Below are positions 1 to 8,369 of a DNA stretch of 35,433 nt, one piece after another. This DNA is from Methanobacteriota archaeon. GTDB taxonomy: Archaea; Thermoplasmatota; Thermoplasmata; RBG-16-68-12. Under the pieces are notes generated by a model. The model saw nothing but the letters and a program-made list of their open reading frames with translations, searched no databases and was not told where the DNA came from. The translations under genes were made by a program, and so were the position numbers. Each line of letters starts with the position of its first letter. The stretch's first letter is position 1. The stretch covers positions 1-35,433 of the forward strand of contig VBMR01000135.1 of the NCBI GenBank assembly GCA_005878325.1, read 5' to 3'.

Positions 1-1916
1 AAGGGCCGTCGGAAGTTCTGGGTCTTGAACACGATCACGTCGCACGGGGCGTTCTCGATCAGGTAGTCGATGTTGCTCCCGAACATGCGACGCCCCCCCT
101 CCGCCCGCTCCCCACGCCATCCCATCACCAGGAGGTTCACGGCCTCCTCTCGAATCGTGTCCAGGATGATCTCGTAGACCTTGTATCCAATCTTGACGAC
201 CGGGCGCGTGTCGACACCGACGTGTTCTCCGATCTTGGCGAGGCGCTGCAAGCCGCGAATCCGGTCGTCCACGAAGCGAAACCGGATCGCCTTCGGGGGC
301 AGGTTCCGCGGGATCTCGACGACGTGCAAGAGACTGAGCTCCCCCGAGCGCGCCCGTGCGATGCGGGCCCCCAGCTCGACGAGAGCCTCGTCCTGGAACT
401 CCCGCAGCGGGAGGAAGACCCGGTACCGCTCGAGCTCCACGCGGTCTTCCGCCGTCGTCAGGACATCCCGGACCTCCGTGGAGTGGGCGCTCGGAATCCG
501 GCCGCGGAAACCTCGCGGGGTCGAGAACCAGTGGTATGCGAGCCCGAGGCCGATCCAGGCGATGCCGAGGACCGCGGAGAGCTGGCCGGGGGGGAACGGC
601 ACCCCCTGTCGAGCCGGGAAGCTCCACAGGGTGGCTCCAACGGCCAGGTTCAGGGCGATCGCGAACATCGGGAGGGCGGGGACGAAGGGCATCCGGAATC
701 CCGGGCCGCTCCGCCGTTCCCGTCGACGAAGGGCGATGACCGATGCATGGGTGAAGGCGAAAAGGCCGAGGAAGGCCAGGGTGGAGAGGATCGCGACTGT
801 GGCGATCGAGAGGAACCCGAGGAAGGCGGATCCGATGAACGTGAAGGCGACCGCCGCGGGCGGGACCTCGCGTCCCCCGATTCGGGTGAACATCGAGGGA
901 AGGAGCCCGTCCCGGGCCATGCTGAACGAGGTCTTGATGGCGGCGGTCAGGTTCGAGTTCAGGGCGCCGTACATCGAGACGATCCCCAGGAGAAGGAAGG
1001 CCTCGCGGACGAACGGCTGACCGAGGAAATATCGGATCGCGGTGAGGACCATGTCCTCGGATCCGCCGCCGCACGCATCGCACGCGGGCCAGCCGACGAG
1101 CTTGGCCGTGGGGACGTTGCCCAGCGTCGCAACGAGGAAACCGGCGTAGACCAAAAACGAGATCCCGAGCGCAAGGAAGACGCCGCGGGGCACGTTCGCC
1201 TCGGGCCGTTTCGTCTGATCGGAGAGCTGGGCAACGACCTCGAATCCCTGGAAGGCCAGAAACAGGATCGCCGCACCGAGGACCAGCTGGAGGGGCGTTG
1301 CGCTCCCTCCGGGCGGGATGCCTCGCGGGGGTCCGGGCTCGGACGAAGACAGGATCCCAATGACGGCCAGGGCGACGACCAGCACCACCTTCGCAAGGGT
1401 GAGACGACCGAGCGTGGAGGTCCGAAGGTGGGCGTGCGCGAAGTGCAGGACCGCGGACAGGCCGAGGACCGACAATGCCACGAGGATCACTGCGAGCGGA
1501 TTGGGCCCGAAGAAGGACGCCTCGTTGGACGGTTGGACGAGTTCGATGAGGAAGACACCGAGGCCGAGCGCGCAAAGCGCGGAGGCCGCCATGTGACCTC
1601 CCCACGAAAGCCACCCGCTCAGGAAGGCGCTGGGGTCCGGGAGGGCGCTCCGGACCCACACGTAGGCGCCTCCGGACGCATCCGGGCGACCCGCTCCGAG
1701 TTCCGCATAGCCGGCGGCCGCGAGCGCCGCAATCACGGCGGCGAGGGCCAGGCTCGCGAGGACGGAGGGACCCGCGACCGCGTACGTCGCGCCAACGAGC
1801 AGGAAAATCGCGGCCCCGACCATGGCGCCCATCGCGGACATCGTGATATCGAACAGGCCGAGATCGCGGGTCACCCGCACGCGGACGGAACCCGAGTCGA
1901 CGGCGGCGCGGGCCAC
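1..1916 (-). CDS. APC-superfamily amino-acid permease fused to a C-terminal UspA (universal stress protein) domain; the 3' end runs off the window
   Basis: This ORF is missing from the supplied track because it has no stop inside the window. My own minus-strand translation from the GTG at 1916 reads VARAAVDSGSVRVRVTRDLGLFDITMSAMGAMVGAAIFLLVGATYAVAGPSVLASLALAAVIAALAAAGYAELG..., followed by many hydrophobic helices typical of a permease. The last ~140 aa (nt ~1-430) read ...RVFLPLREFQDEALVELGARIARARSGELSLLHVVEIP...VNLLVMGWRGE...RMFGSNIDYLIENAPCDVIVFKTQNF, which is a UspA-type signature. Confidence 0.8.
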   Translation of the reverse strand, partial: MARAAVDSGSVRVRVTRDLGLFDITMSAMGAMVGAAIFLLVGATYAVAGPSVLASLALAAVIAALAAAGYAELGAGRPDASGGAYVWVRSALPDPSAFLSGWLSWGGHMAASALCALGLGVFLIELVQPSNEASFFGPNPLAVILVALSVLGLSAVLHFAHAHLRTSTLGRLTLAKVVLVVALAVIGILSSSEPGPPRGIPPGGSATPLQLVLGAAILFLAFQGFEVVAQLSDQTKRPEANVPRGVFLALGISFLVYAGFLVATLGNVPTAKLVGWPACDACGGGSEDMVLTAIRYFLGQPFVREAFLLLGIVSMYGALNSNLTAAIKTSFSMARDGLLPSMFTRIGGREVPPAAVAFTFIGSAFLGFLSIATVAILSTLAFLGLFAFTHASVIALRRRERRSGPGFRMPFVPALPMFAIALNLAVGATLWSFPARQGVPFPPGQLSAVLGIAWIGLGLAYHWFSTPRGFRGRIPSAHSTEVRDVLTTAEDRVELERYRVFLPLREFQDEALVELGARIARARSGELSLLHVVEIPRNLPPKAIRFRFVDDRIRGLQRLAKIGEHVGVDTRPVVKIGYKVYEIILDTIREEAVNLLVMGWRGERAEGGRRMFGSNIDYLIENAPCDVIVFKTQNFRRP

Positions 1917-2008
1917 GGGGGGCGGAGACGACCCCGTCTACTTGAGCCTATGGAGAAACACGGCTCTGGATCGGTGCGATGCGCGCGGAAAGGACCGAGA
2001 AAGAAGTG

Positions 2009-2563
2009 TCACGCCTCGGACGACGAGGCGGTCTTGGCGATCCGCTCGCCGAGGGTTCGGAAGATCAGCTCTACGTTCTGCCCCGTCTTCGCGGAGGCGT
2101 AGAAGTACGGAGCGTCGAACGCCTCGGTCGCTTGCTTCACCTGTTCCTCCCCGAACGCGGCCTGGTCTTTCAGGTCCATCTTGTTCACCGCGAACGTCAC
2201 CGGAATTTCCCCGACGGTCCGGAAGACAGATTCCACCCACGAGTCGAGGTCTTCCAGGGTGTCGTAGCGCGTGAGGTCCGCGACCGCGAGGATCCCCTGT
2301 GCCCCGTGGAAGTATGCTTCCCGGAGCAGCTCGCGAAAGCCTTTCGAGCCCATGATGTCCCAGATCGTCATGTCCATCTGGATCCCTTCGCCGCCCTTCG
2401 ACGGGAGGGTGAGTTCCTTCTTCGACACCTTCGCTCCGAGCGTCACGATGTACCGATCGTCGTACTCGTTCAGGACGTACCGCTTGATGAGGGAAGTCTT
2501 CCCCACGGCGTGCTCGCCGACGAGGCAGACCTTCACTTTCATTCGACGTGGTTCCATCATCAC
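2009..2563 (-). CDS. Ras-superfamily (Rab/Arf-like) small GTPase
   Basis: All five G motifs are visible in the 184-aa ORF: G1 GEHAVGKT, G2 Thr in YIVTLGA, G3 WDIMG, G4 NKMD, G5 SAK. The likely true start is MKVKVCLVG at 2542. Confidence 0.85.
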   Translation of the reverse strand: MMMEPRRMKVKVCLVGEHAVGKTSLIKRYVLNEYDDRYIVTLGAKVSKKELTLPSKGGEGIQMDMTIWDIMGSKGFRELLREAYFHGAQGILAVADLTRYDTLEDLDSWVESVFRTVGEIPVTFAVNKMDLKDQAAFGEEQVKQATEAFDAPYFYASAKTGQNVELIFRTLGERIAKTASSSEA

Positions 2564-2628
2564 GACCCGGCGGGGAGGCGGGCCGAAAACCTTCCCATTC
2601 GCGCTATTTCCTAGGGGCTATTTAGCCG

Positions 2629-3633
2629 TTGCCGCGTGGCCTCCGATCTTCGACAACGAGGCGAGCGTCCTCTAGCACGGTTGAAATAACGTCGCCTCGA
2701 TGCCGCGACGTGGACGCGTTCGCGGCCCTCCGCTTCGCGATCGGCGGCGGGTTCCTCCTCGCGGCCGCCAGTTCCGACCTCCGCGCGCGGAAGGTCTCGG
2801 ATCGGTGGTGGATCGCCCTCGGATCGATTGGCTTGGTCCTCCTCGCGGTCCAATTGGACGTGGAACGGGCGGACGCCGCGGCCGCCGCACTCCTTGGATC
2901 CGCCGCCCTCCTCTTCTACGCAATATTTTTCGGAGATCCCCTGCTGGACCAGGACGGCTTCCACCTTCGGCCTCTCCGGATCGGGCTGTTCCTCGCCGCA
3001 GGTGCGCTCTTCGTATTCCCCGCGGCGCTTCATGCCGCGCTCGGCGAGGGCCTGCCGCGAGAGACCCTCGACCTCTACTCGTTGCCGGCGATGGTGGTCA
3101 TCTACCAGGGCTTCTACTGGGCGCGCCTCCTCCACGGCGGGGCGGATGCGAAAGGGTTGATTGCCCTCAGCCTCCTCGTGCCGACCTACCCGGAGGCGAG
3201 TCCCTTCCCCCTTTTAGCCGCGGGTCCGAGAGCGGAGGGCCTGTTCCGGTCCGTCTTCCCCTTCTCCCTCGTCGTCTGGGTGGATGCGCTCGTCTTGTTC
3301 CTCGCGATCCCGCTGGGGCTCGTCCTCGCGAATACGATCCGGGGGGATTTCGCCCTGCCCCAGGCTTTCCTGGGCTACCGCGCCCGTGTGGATGCGTTCC
3401 CGCGGTTTGTCTGGCTGATGGAGAAGATCGATGACCGGGGCCAGCACGTCTTGGTGTTGTTCCCGAAACGGGGGACGAAAGTCGAGGAAAACCTGTCTCG
3501 TCTTCGTGCGGCCGGGATCGAGCGCGTGTGGGTCACGCCGCAGATCCCGTTCATGGTGCTGATCCTCGGCGGGTTCGTGCTCGCCTTCCTCGGAGGGAAC
3601 CTATTGCTCGCGATCCTTCGTCCCGGTGCCTAG
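2629..3633 (+). CDS. A24-family archaeal prepilin/preflagellin (class III signal) peptidase, FlaK/PibD-like
   Basis: Polytopic membrane ORF. The first catalytic Asp context is SSDLRARKVSDRWW and the second is the GxGD-like motif HGGADAKGLIALSLL. The C-terminal VWVTPQIPFMV resembles FlaK. The start is uncertain: TTG at 2629 or the in-frame GTG at 2710. Confidence 0.75.
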   Translation: MPRGLRSSTTRRASSSTVEITSPRCRDVDAFAALRFAIGGGFLLAAASSDLRARKVSDRWWIALGSIGLVLLAVQLDVERADAAAAALLGSAALLFYAIFFGDPLLDQDGFHLRPLRIGLFLAAGALFVFPAALHAALGEGLPRETLDLYSLPAMVVIYQGFYWARLLHGGADAKGLIALSLLVPTYPEASPFPLLAAGPRAEGLFRSVFPFSLVVWVDALVLFLAIPLGLVLANTIRGDFALPQAFLGYRARVDAFPRFVWLMEKIDDRGQHVLVLFPKRGTKVEENLSRLRAAGIERVWVTPQIPFMVLILGGFVLAFLGGNLLLAILRPGA

Positions 3634-3690
3634 GATCGAGGGACGAAATCCTGAAATAGCGGCCTCTCCCTCCGCGGGCCAAGCAGTGGT

Positions 3691-3827
3691 TTGACGGCCA
3701 AAGCGGCGGGGATACACCCGGTCCCATCCCGAACCCGGAAGTTAAGCCCGCCCACGTTCCCTGCGGTACTACGGTGCGCGAGCCCGTGGGAAGCCTGCCC
3801 TCCTTCGAGGAGGGCTTGGGTCGGCGA
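3691..3827 (+). rRNA. rrf: 5S rRNA, not linked to 16S/23S, with an apparent extra hairpin near the 3' end
   Basis: The universal 5S core is present: GCGGCGGGGAUACACCCGGUCCCAUCCCGAACCCGGAAGUUAAGCCCGCCCACGUUCCCUGCGGUACUACGGUGCGCGAGCCCGUGGGAAGC. The helix I 5' strand UUGACGGCC (3691-3699) is complementary to GGUCGGCGA (3819-3827). Confidence 0.85.
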
Positions 3828-3917
3828 CCTAGGTACGCTAGCCGTCCATCCTTGTGGTGGACGACGAAACGTGCCGTTCTAACGGCCGCCGCTCCATGGA
3901 ACGCTGTCAGCCACTCG

Positions 3918-5513
3918 CTATTCCTTTTTCCGGCCCGCCCGAAGCTTCAGGCCGATGATGAGGAGGGGGACGACCGCGACGAACATCATGTCGGACAGTT
4001 CCGGGATCGAGACGATCACGGACGAGTTGCCCCCGACGAGTGCGTACCCGCCGGTCGTCGTGTAGTTCAGGAAGGCCCAGTTCACCAGGACGGAACCCGT
4101 GAAGGTCGGGTCCACCAGGGCGGTGAGGGTCAGGCTGTGCGCGCCCGGTGCGACGCTGGTCAGGTTCCAGTAGAAGGTCCGTCCATTCGTCCAGGTCGGC
4201 GCGAGGCTCGCGCTCTGATACGTCATGCCGCTCGGCAGGCTGTCCTGGATCGTGACCGTACCAGCCGCGGCGGAGCCGGTGTTGTTGTAGTAGACCGTGA
4301 AGGTCACGACATCGCCAGGCCGGGCGGAACCGGGTGTCGCGGTCTTCATGATCGTGATGGTCGGGCGGGACACGGTCGTGTTCGCCCAGGCCGTGGATCC
4401 GGGTAGCGACCGTCGGACCTGGTCCACGTAGTTCAGGGTCACGACGTTGCCGAGGAGCTGACCGTCCGTCGTCGCGGCGGTCACCGCGACGGTGATCGTG
4501 AAGGAGTGGGCCCCCGGGGTCACGTCCGCGAAGATCCAACCGTACGTGGAACCGGAGACGGAGTTGTACGGGGCACTCGAGGCCGTGTACGCGACGCCAC
4601 TCGGCAGAGTGTCGTTCACCCAAACCCTGTTCGCATTCCCCGTGTTCGTGTTGTTGTAGTAGACCATATAGAGGATCGATTGGCCGGGAGCCGCGATGGA
4701 TCGGCTCGCCGTCTTCGCCACCGCGATCGTGGGCCGATGCCGATCGTTCGCCTGTCCTGACGAGGGAAGGGTCGATATGTAGAAGTCCGCCGCATCGTTG
4801 TTCGTGTCCATCGGGACGCCGGTCACGGGGTCCTTGAAGCGTGCCCACGTCTGTCCCGTGTTTACGTTCTGCGCATAGGTCGTCTGATCGATGATCGTCG
4901 TCCCCTGCCGCAGTCGGAGGACGCCGTTGCCGTTCGGCAGCGAGGCTGCCGCCAGGGACGCCCGGAGGTATTCGGTCCCGGAGCCGAACGCGCCGAGGAC
5001 CTGCGTCGTGAAGGTGAAAATCACGATCGAGCGCCCTCCCCGGACGAGGACCAGGTTCCAGCCGCCCAGAGGGATCGCGCTCGCCGTCGGGTTCGCGATT
5101 TCGATCCACTCCGGATTCGGTTGCGGGCTGACCTCGTTGAGGACGGCGTTAGTCGCCGCTCGGGCCCCGACGGCGAAGCGGGCTACGGCCGCATCCGGCA
5201 ACGCCACATCGTACCCGAGGCGCCAGTCCGATGCAACGTACACGACCCCGTAACCGGATTGGAGACCCAGGGTCGTGGCGTTGATCGCGAATTCGAGGCG
5301 ATGGGCGTCCAACCCGAAGGGGACGCCCTGGACGAAGTTCCATGGCACCGCTTGACCGGGGGCGAACGCATAGAGGCCGCTCGAGTTGACGACCCCATTC
5401 CGTCCGATGACGGCGATGGCATAATCGAACCCGTAGAGCTGCCCGGACACGTCGGACCACTCCCCGGTCGCCGGTCCCGTCCGGGTGGTCCACTTGCCCG
5501 TCCCCGTCCACAT
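3918..5513 (-). CDS. C-terminal reading frame of the same surface protein: lamin-tail (LTD) domain, two DUF11-like repeats, C-terminal TM anchor
   Basis: LTD signature AVLNEVSPQPNPEWIEIANPTASAIPLGGWNLVLV...GVLRLRQG. Two repeats have DUF11/CARDB character (PTIAVAKTASRSIAAPGQSILYMVYYNNTNTGNANRVWVNDTLPSGVAY and PTITIMKTATPGSARPGDVVTFTVYYNNTGSAAAGTVTIQDSLPSGMTY). The C-terminus is IPELSDMMFVAVVPLLIIGLKLRAGRKKE. There is no credible independent N-terminus or signal peptide, and sense coding in this frame starts at about 5465. Confidence 0.7.
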   Translation of the reverse strand: MWTGTGKWTTRTGPATGEWSDVSGQLYGFDYAIAVIGRNGVVNSSGLYAFAPGQAVPWNFVQGVPFGLDAHRLEFAINATTLGLQSGYGVVYVASDWRLGYDVALPDAAVARFAVGARAATNAVLNEVSPQPNPEWIEIANPTASAIPLGGWNLVLVRGGRSIVIFTFTTQVLGAFGSGTEYLRASLAAASLPNGNGVLRLRQGTTIIDQTTYAQNVNTGQTWARFKDPVTGVPMDTNNDAADFYISTLPSSGQANDRHRPTIAVAKTASRSIAAPGQSILYMVYYNNTNTGNANRVWVNDTLPSGVAYTASSAPYNSVSGSTYGWIFADVTPGAHSFTITVAVTAATTDGQLLGNVVTLNYVDQVRRSLPGSTAWANTTVSRPTITIMKTATPGSARPGDVVTFTVYYNNTGSAAAGTVTIQDSLPSGMTYQSASLAPTWTNGRTFYWNLTSVAPGAHSLTLTALVDPTFTGSVLVNWAFLNYTTTGGYALVGGNSSVIVSIPELSDMMFVAVVPLLIIGLKLRAGRKKE

Positions 5514-8286
5514 CGTGTCCCGTCTGATCGTCCGTCGTGTTGTCGTTGTTGAAGTCGCGCTCGAGGCCCGATCGGAGAGTCGTCTCGACCCAGTCGGGGA
5601 CCGTATCGAGGTCCGTGTCGGCCGCGGACACATACGTTCGGGACCGCGAGGTGGGGATGTCCTGGCCTCCGAGGATTCGGCCGTCGACTCGGACGTATCC
5701 GGTGAAATTCGTTCCCACATCGACCGCGGTCGCAAGGATGTCGACGTTGGCGTTGTACTCCAGCGCACCCGTCCGGTTCGTCACGTCGCCGAGGAAGTCC
5801 TGGCCGTAGGTCCGGCCTTGCCAGTCTCCAAACGCGCCGTCGATCTGGAGGCTCGTTGGCGCCGAAGCGAGATACACGAGCCCGATCTCGGGCGATCGGA
5901 AGCTCGCGGTTCCGTTGGAGGCGAGCCCGTCGACCGATAGGCCGAAGGTCGAGGTGGCGGTCATGTTGGTCCAGGAGGCTTCGACCCACAGAATCGTCGG
6001 AGAGGAGATATCGCGGTCGACCGGGAGGCTGGCGGTCGTCCCCGTCATGGGCACCGTCGAGAGAAGGGCATCGGCCGGATCGAAGTTTCCGCTTCCGTCA
6101 TCTCGATACACGGACAGGTCGACGGGGTCGGTGGAACTTCCAAGCCGTGTCACGTTCAGGGCCGTGGCATGCGGGATCCCTCCGAGCGGATCGAGCGTCA
6201 CCCGGAGGATCGCGGTTCGGCCCGTCACCACATCCGGGGCAACGGTAGCCTGTTCGACGATGAGCGTCGGGAGGGAGGCCCGCACCGATCCATCGGCCGG
6301 GTCGCGGTTGCCCAAGTTGTCGGCCGCATAGGTGAGGATCCGCGCGTTCGCAGGATCGGCCACCGTCATTCGCAACTCGAGATCTTGATTGCTGAACGCG
6401 GCATCGGCGGAACCACCTGGAATGAACCGAGACCAGTCGTTCGATCGCGGGCCGCGGGACGCGTCGAATTCCAACGCGAGCACGCCGTGCTCGATCGAAC
6501 CGAGCTGGGACCATCCGAACACTTCGACCGCGGAGTCGGCGCCAAGGTCCCCGATCGGATAGCCGGTCAAGCGGTTCGCGTCCTGGTCGACGAAGACGAA
6601 GACGCTATCCGTCTCGTTCGGAGAGGCGCCGTCGAACAGGAGGCCCTGAACTCTCGCGTTCACGAACAGATCGTGGCCCTGCGTCGCGACCTTCGTCGCG
6701 AGGAGGTTCACTGCGGGGTTCTGGATCTGGTCGATGGGCGAGTCCGCGTACGCGGGGATCGCCGCCCAGTCGCTGAAGTCGCCATCGATTCGAATCAGGG
6801 CAGAGGGACCCGCGGGGGACGGGGAGAGGATGCTCGCGAGGATTGGGACGATGAGCATCAAGGCGACGACCGCCGCGATGCCCGTGACGGATCGGGACCA
6901 GTGGGGCTGGGCCGGGATCCGGGGCGCCGCGGGGCCACTCCGTCGTCCGTTCGTGAACCCGTTTCCGTTGACGAGTCCATTTGTCGCCCCGCGACCGAAT
7001 GTGAGGCCGTTCACGCGACCTTCTGATACGCCATTGACCCGGCCGTTCGTGCGGCCGTTCACGTGGCCATTCGTCCGGCCATTGACCCGACCGTTGGTGC
7101 GGCCGTTGGTGTATCCTACGGTACCGAGGCCAGGGGTCCCAAGGCCGCTCGAACGGAGACCGGTCGCCCCCGATCGGAGGGACCCTTCCTCCGCCCGGGC
7201 CAATTGCTCCGCCCGGTCACGGCTCGCGCGTGCCTCGTCCGTCCGGCCCAAGCGCTCGAGGATTTCCGCCTTCGTCTGCCAGGCCACGACCAGGCTCCCG
7301 TCCGCCTTGAGCAGAGAGTCGTAGTGGGCGAGCGCGTCGAGGAGGCGGGGATCCAGCTTCGCCGAGGGCGCGGGGGATGAAGTCGCCGCGGGCTGCTTCC
7401 ACCGCGGCGGGAGGACGGAGGCATCCCCGGTCGTCCGCAGGAGGTTCTGGACCTCCAACCGGTACTCCTCGTCCCGCGCGGGGTTCAGTTCCGCCGCCTT
7501 GGCGAGGGACTCGACGGCCTCCTTCGGGCGGCCCAACTTCTCGAGCACCTTCGCGCGGTTCGCCCAGGCCCGTTCGAGCGACGCATCGGCTTCGAGGAGG
7601 CGGTCGAAATGGTCCAGCTCTTCCCGGAGGCGGTCCGCCTCTGCGATCGGCGAAACCGGTTCGGCCATCCGCTGCCACCGGGTAAGGAAGTCTTTCACGA
7701 CGGACTTGCCCGCGGGGGTCACCTCGGGCCGTTCCGCGATCGGGCTCCCGCAAATCGCGCATTCCGACTCGTCGGAGAAGAGGTACGCTCCACACCGCGG
7801 ACAGAAGGGCGCGGAGTCATCGAGAGAGGCGTCGAGTCCGGGCAGGAGGGCCAACTCCTCGGCCGTGTATCGTCGATGACAGATCCCGCAGGTCGTCGCG
7901 TCCTTCGTCATCGCAGCGCCGCAGGTCTGACAAATGCGCGGGGGTTGGTCCGCCTCCTTCAGGAACTGATCAAGGCCCTCCGAGAGATCGTCCTCCGGAG
8001 ACGCGTCGAACTCGACACCGCAGAAGGGGCACGCTCCCGCCTCCGTCCCGACGAAGGAGCCGCATTTCGGACACAGGAACAGATGATTCGACTCCTCGCC
8101 CGCTCGGCCGAGGAGTCCGAGGATGGACTCGATGTCCTGCGGGGTCAGGCCCTCGACCGACGCGAGCTGTTCCCGCGTCGCGGACCGCAGCGCCTCATAG
8201 GTCGGAAAGCGTTCCGCGATCCGACGGGCCCGCCCGAGATCGGAGCCGGGAATCGAACTCAGCCATTCGAGATAGCTCTCGTCCAT
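5149..8286 (-). CDS. Large surface/adhesin-like protein, N-terminal reading frame (HhH, three zinc ribbons, TPR, NGRx repeats, TM helix, extracellular region). Genuine coding appears to end near 5467, where the frame shifts.
   Basis: The ORF translation shows these elements in order: an HhH-like stretch SIPGSDLGRARRIAERFPTYEALRSATREQLASVEGLTPQDIESILGLL; zinc ribbons CPKCG..CPFCG, CQTCG..CGIC and CPRCG..CAICG; TPR-like helical repeats; (NGRx)n repeats; the TM helix VTGIAAVVALMLIVPILASIL; and then a long Asp/Thr/Gly-rich extracellular sequence ending in DVDGDGQVDHPDGTGD. The last ~105 codons (RGVVRRVRAALRVRL...) look non-coding. Confidence 0.7.
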   Translation of the reverse strand: MDESYLEWLSSIPGSDLGRARRIAERFPTYEALRSATREQLASVEGLTPQDIESILGLLGRAGEESNHLFLCPKCGSFVGTEAGACPFCGVEFDASPEDDLSEGLDQFLKEADQPPRICQTCGAAMTKDATTCGICHRRYTAEELALLPGLDASLDDSAPFCPRCGAYLFSDESECAICGSPIAERPEVTPAGKSVVKDFLTRWQRMAEPVSPIAEADRLREELDHFDRLLEADASLERAWANRAKVLEKLGRPKEAVESLAKAAELNPARDEEYRLEVQNLLRTTGDASVLPPRWKQPAATSSPAPSAKLDPRLLDALAHYDSLLKADGSLVVAWQTKAEILERLGRTDEARASRDRAEQLARAEEGSLRSGATGLRSSGLGTPGLGTVGYTNGRTNGRVNGRTNGHVNGRTNGRVNGVSEGRVNGLTFGRGATNGLVNGNGFTNGRRSGPAAPRIPAQPHWSRSVTGIAAVVALMLIVPILASILSPSPAGPSALIRIDGDFSDWAAIPAYADSPIDQIQNPAVNLLATKVATQGHDLFVNARVQGLLFDGASPNETDSVFVFVDQDANRLTGYPIGDLGADSAVEVFGWSQLGSIEHGVLALEFDASRGPRSNDWSRFIPGGSADAAFSNQDLELRMTVADPANARILTYAADNLGNRDPADGSVRASLPTLIVEQATVAPDVVTGRTAILRVTLDPLGGIPHATALNVTRLGSSTDPVDLSVYRDDGSGNFDPADALLSTVPMTGTTASLPVDRDISSPTILWVEASWTNMTATSTFGLSVDGLASNGTASFRSPEIGLVYLASAPTSLQIDGAFGDWQGRTYGQDFLGDVTNRTGALEYNANVDILATAVDVGTNFTGYVRVDGRILGGQDIPTSRSRTYVSAADTDLDTVPDWVETTLRSGLERDFNNDNTTDDQTGHDVDGDGQVDHPDGTGDRGVVRRVRAALRVRLCHRRHRTEWGRQLERPLCVRPRSSGAMELRPGRPLRVGRPSPRIRDQRHDPGSPIRLRGRVRCIGLAPRVRCGVAGCGRSPLRRRGPSGD
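6943..7110 (-). repeat. Coding 12-nt tandem repeat giving about 14 NGRx tetrapeptide units
   Basis: The protein reads TNGRTNGRVNGRTNGHVNGRTNGRVNGVSEGRVNGLTFGRGATNGLVNGNGFTNGRR. On the DNA the ccgttcac/ccattgac/ccgttggt units recur every 12 nt. Confidence 0.85.
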
Positions 8287-8369
8287 CGTTGAGAGCGGGT
8301 CCGTTTGCTACCTAAAGCGCGCGCTATAGTGCGTATCACGCCGTCTAGTCATTTCCTTAACATGACGGG

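Noticed and set aside
222-2102. 626-aa plus-strand ORF (with nested ORFs at 181-1020 and 356-739)
   Set aside because: Its Arg/Gly/Pro/Glu-rich composition has no motif structure. It is antisense to a clearly recognisable permease-UspA gene on the minus strand. This is a typical high-GC shadow ORF.
2611-2631. 11-nt match atttagccgtt shared with 25723-25733
   Set aside because: Both copies sit in AT-rich promoter regions. The match is short and most likely reflects similar TATA/BRE-type promoter sequence rather than a mobile or functional repeat.
6943-7110. Regularly spaced short DNA repeats that could suggest a CRISPR-like or satellite array
   Set aside because: The period is only 12 nt with no spacers, and the repeats lie in frame inside a long coding region, encoding NGRx. 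This is a coding tandem repeat, not a CRISPR array. No cas genes are present in the window.
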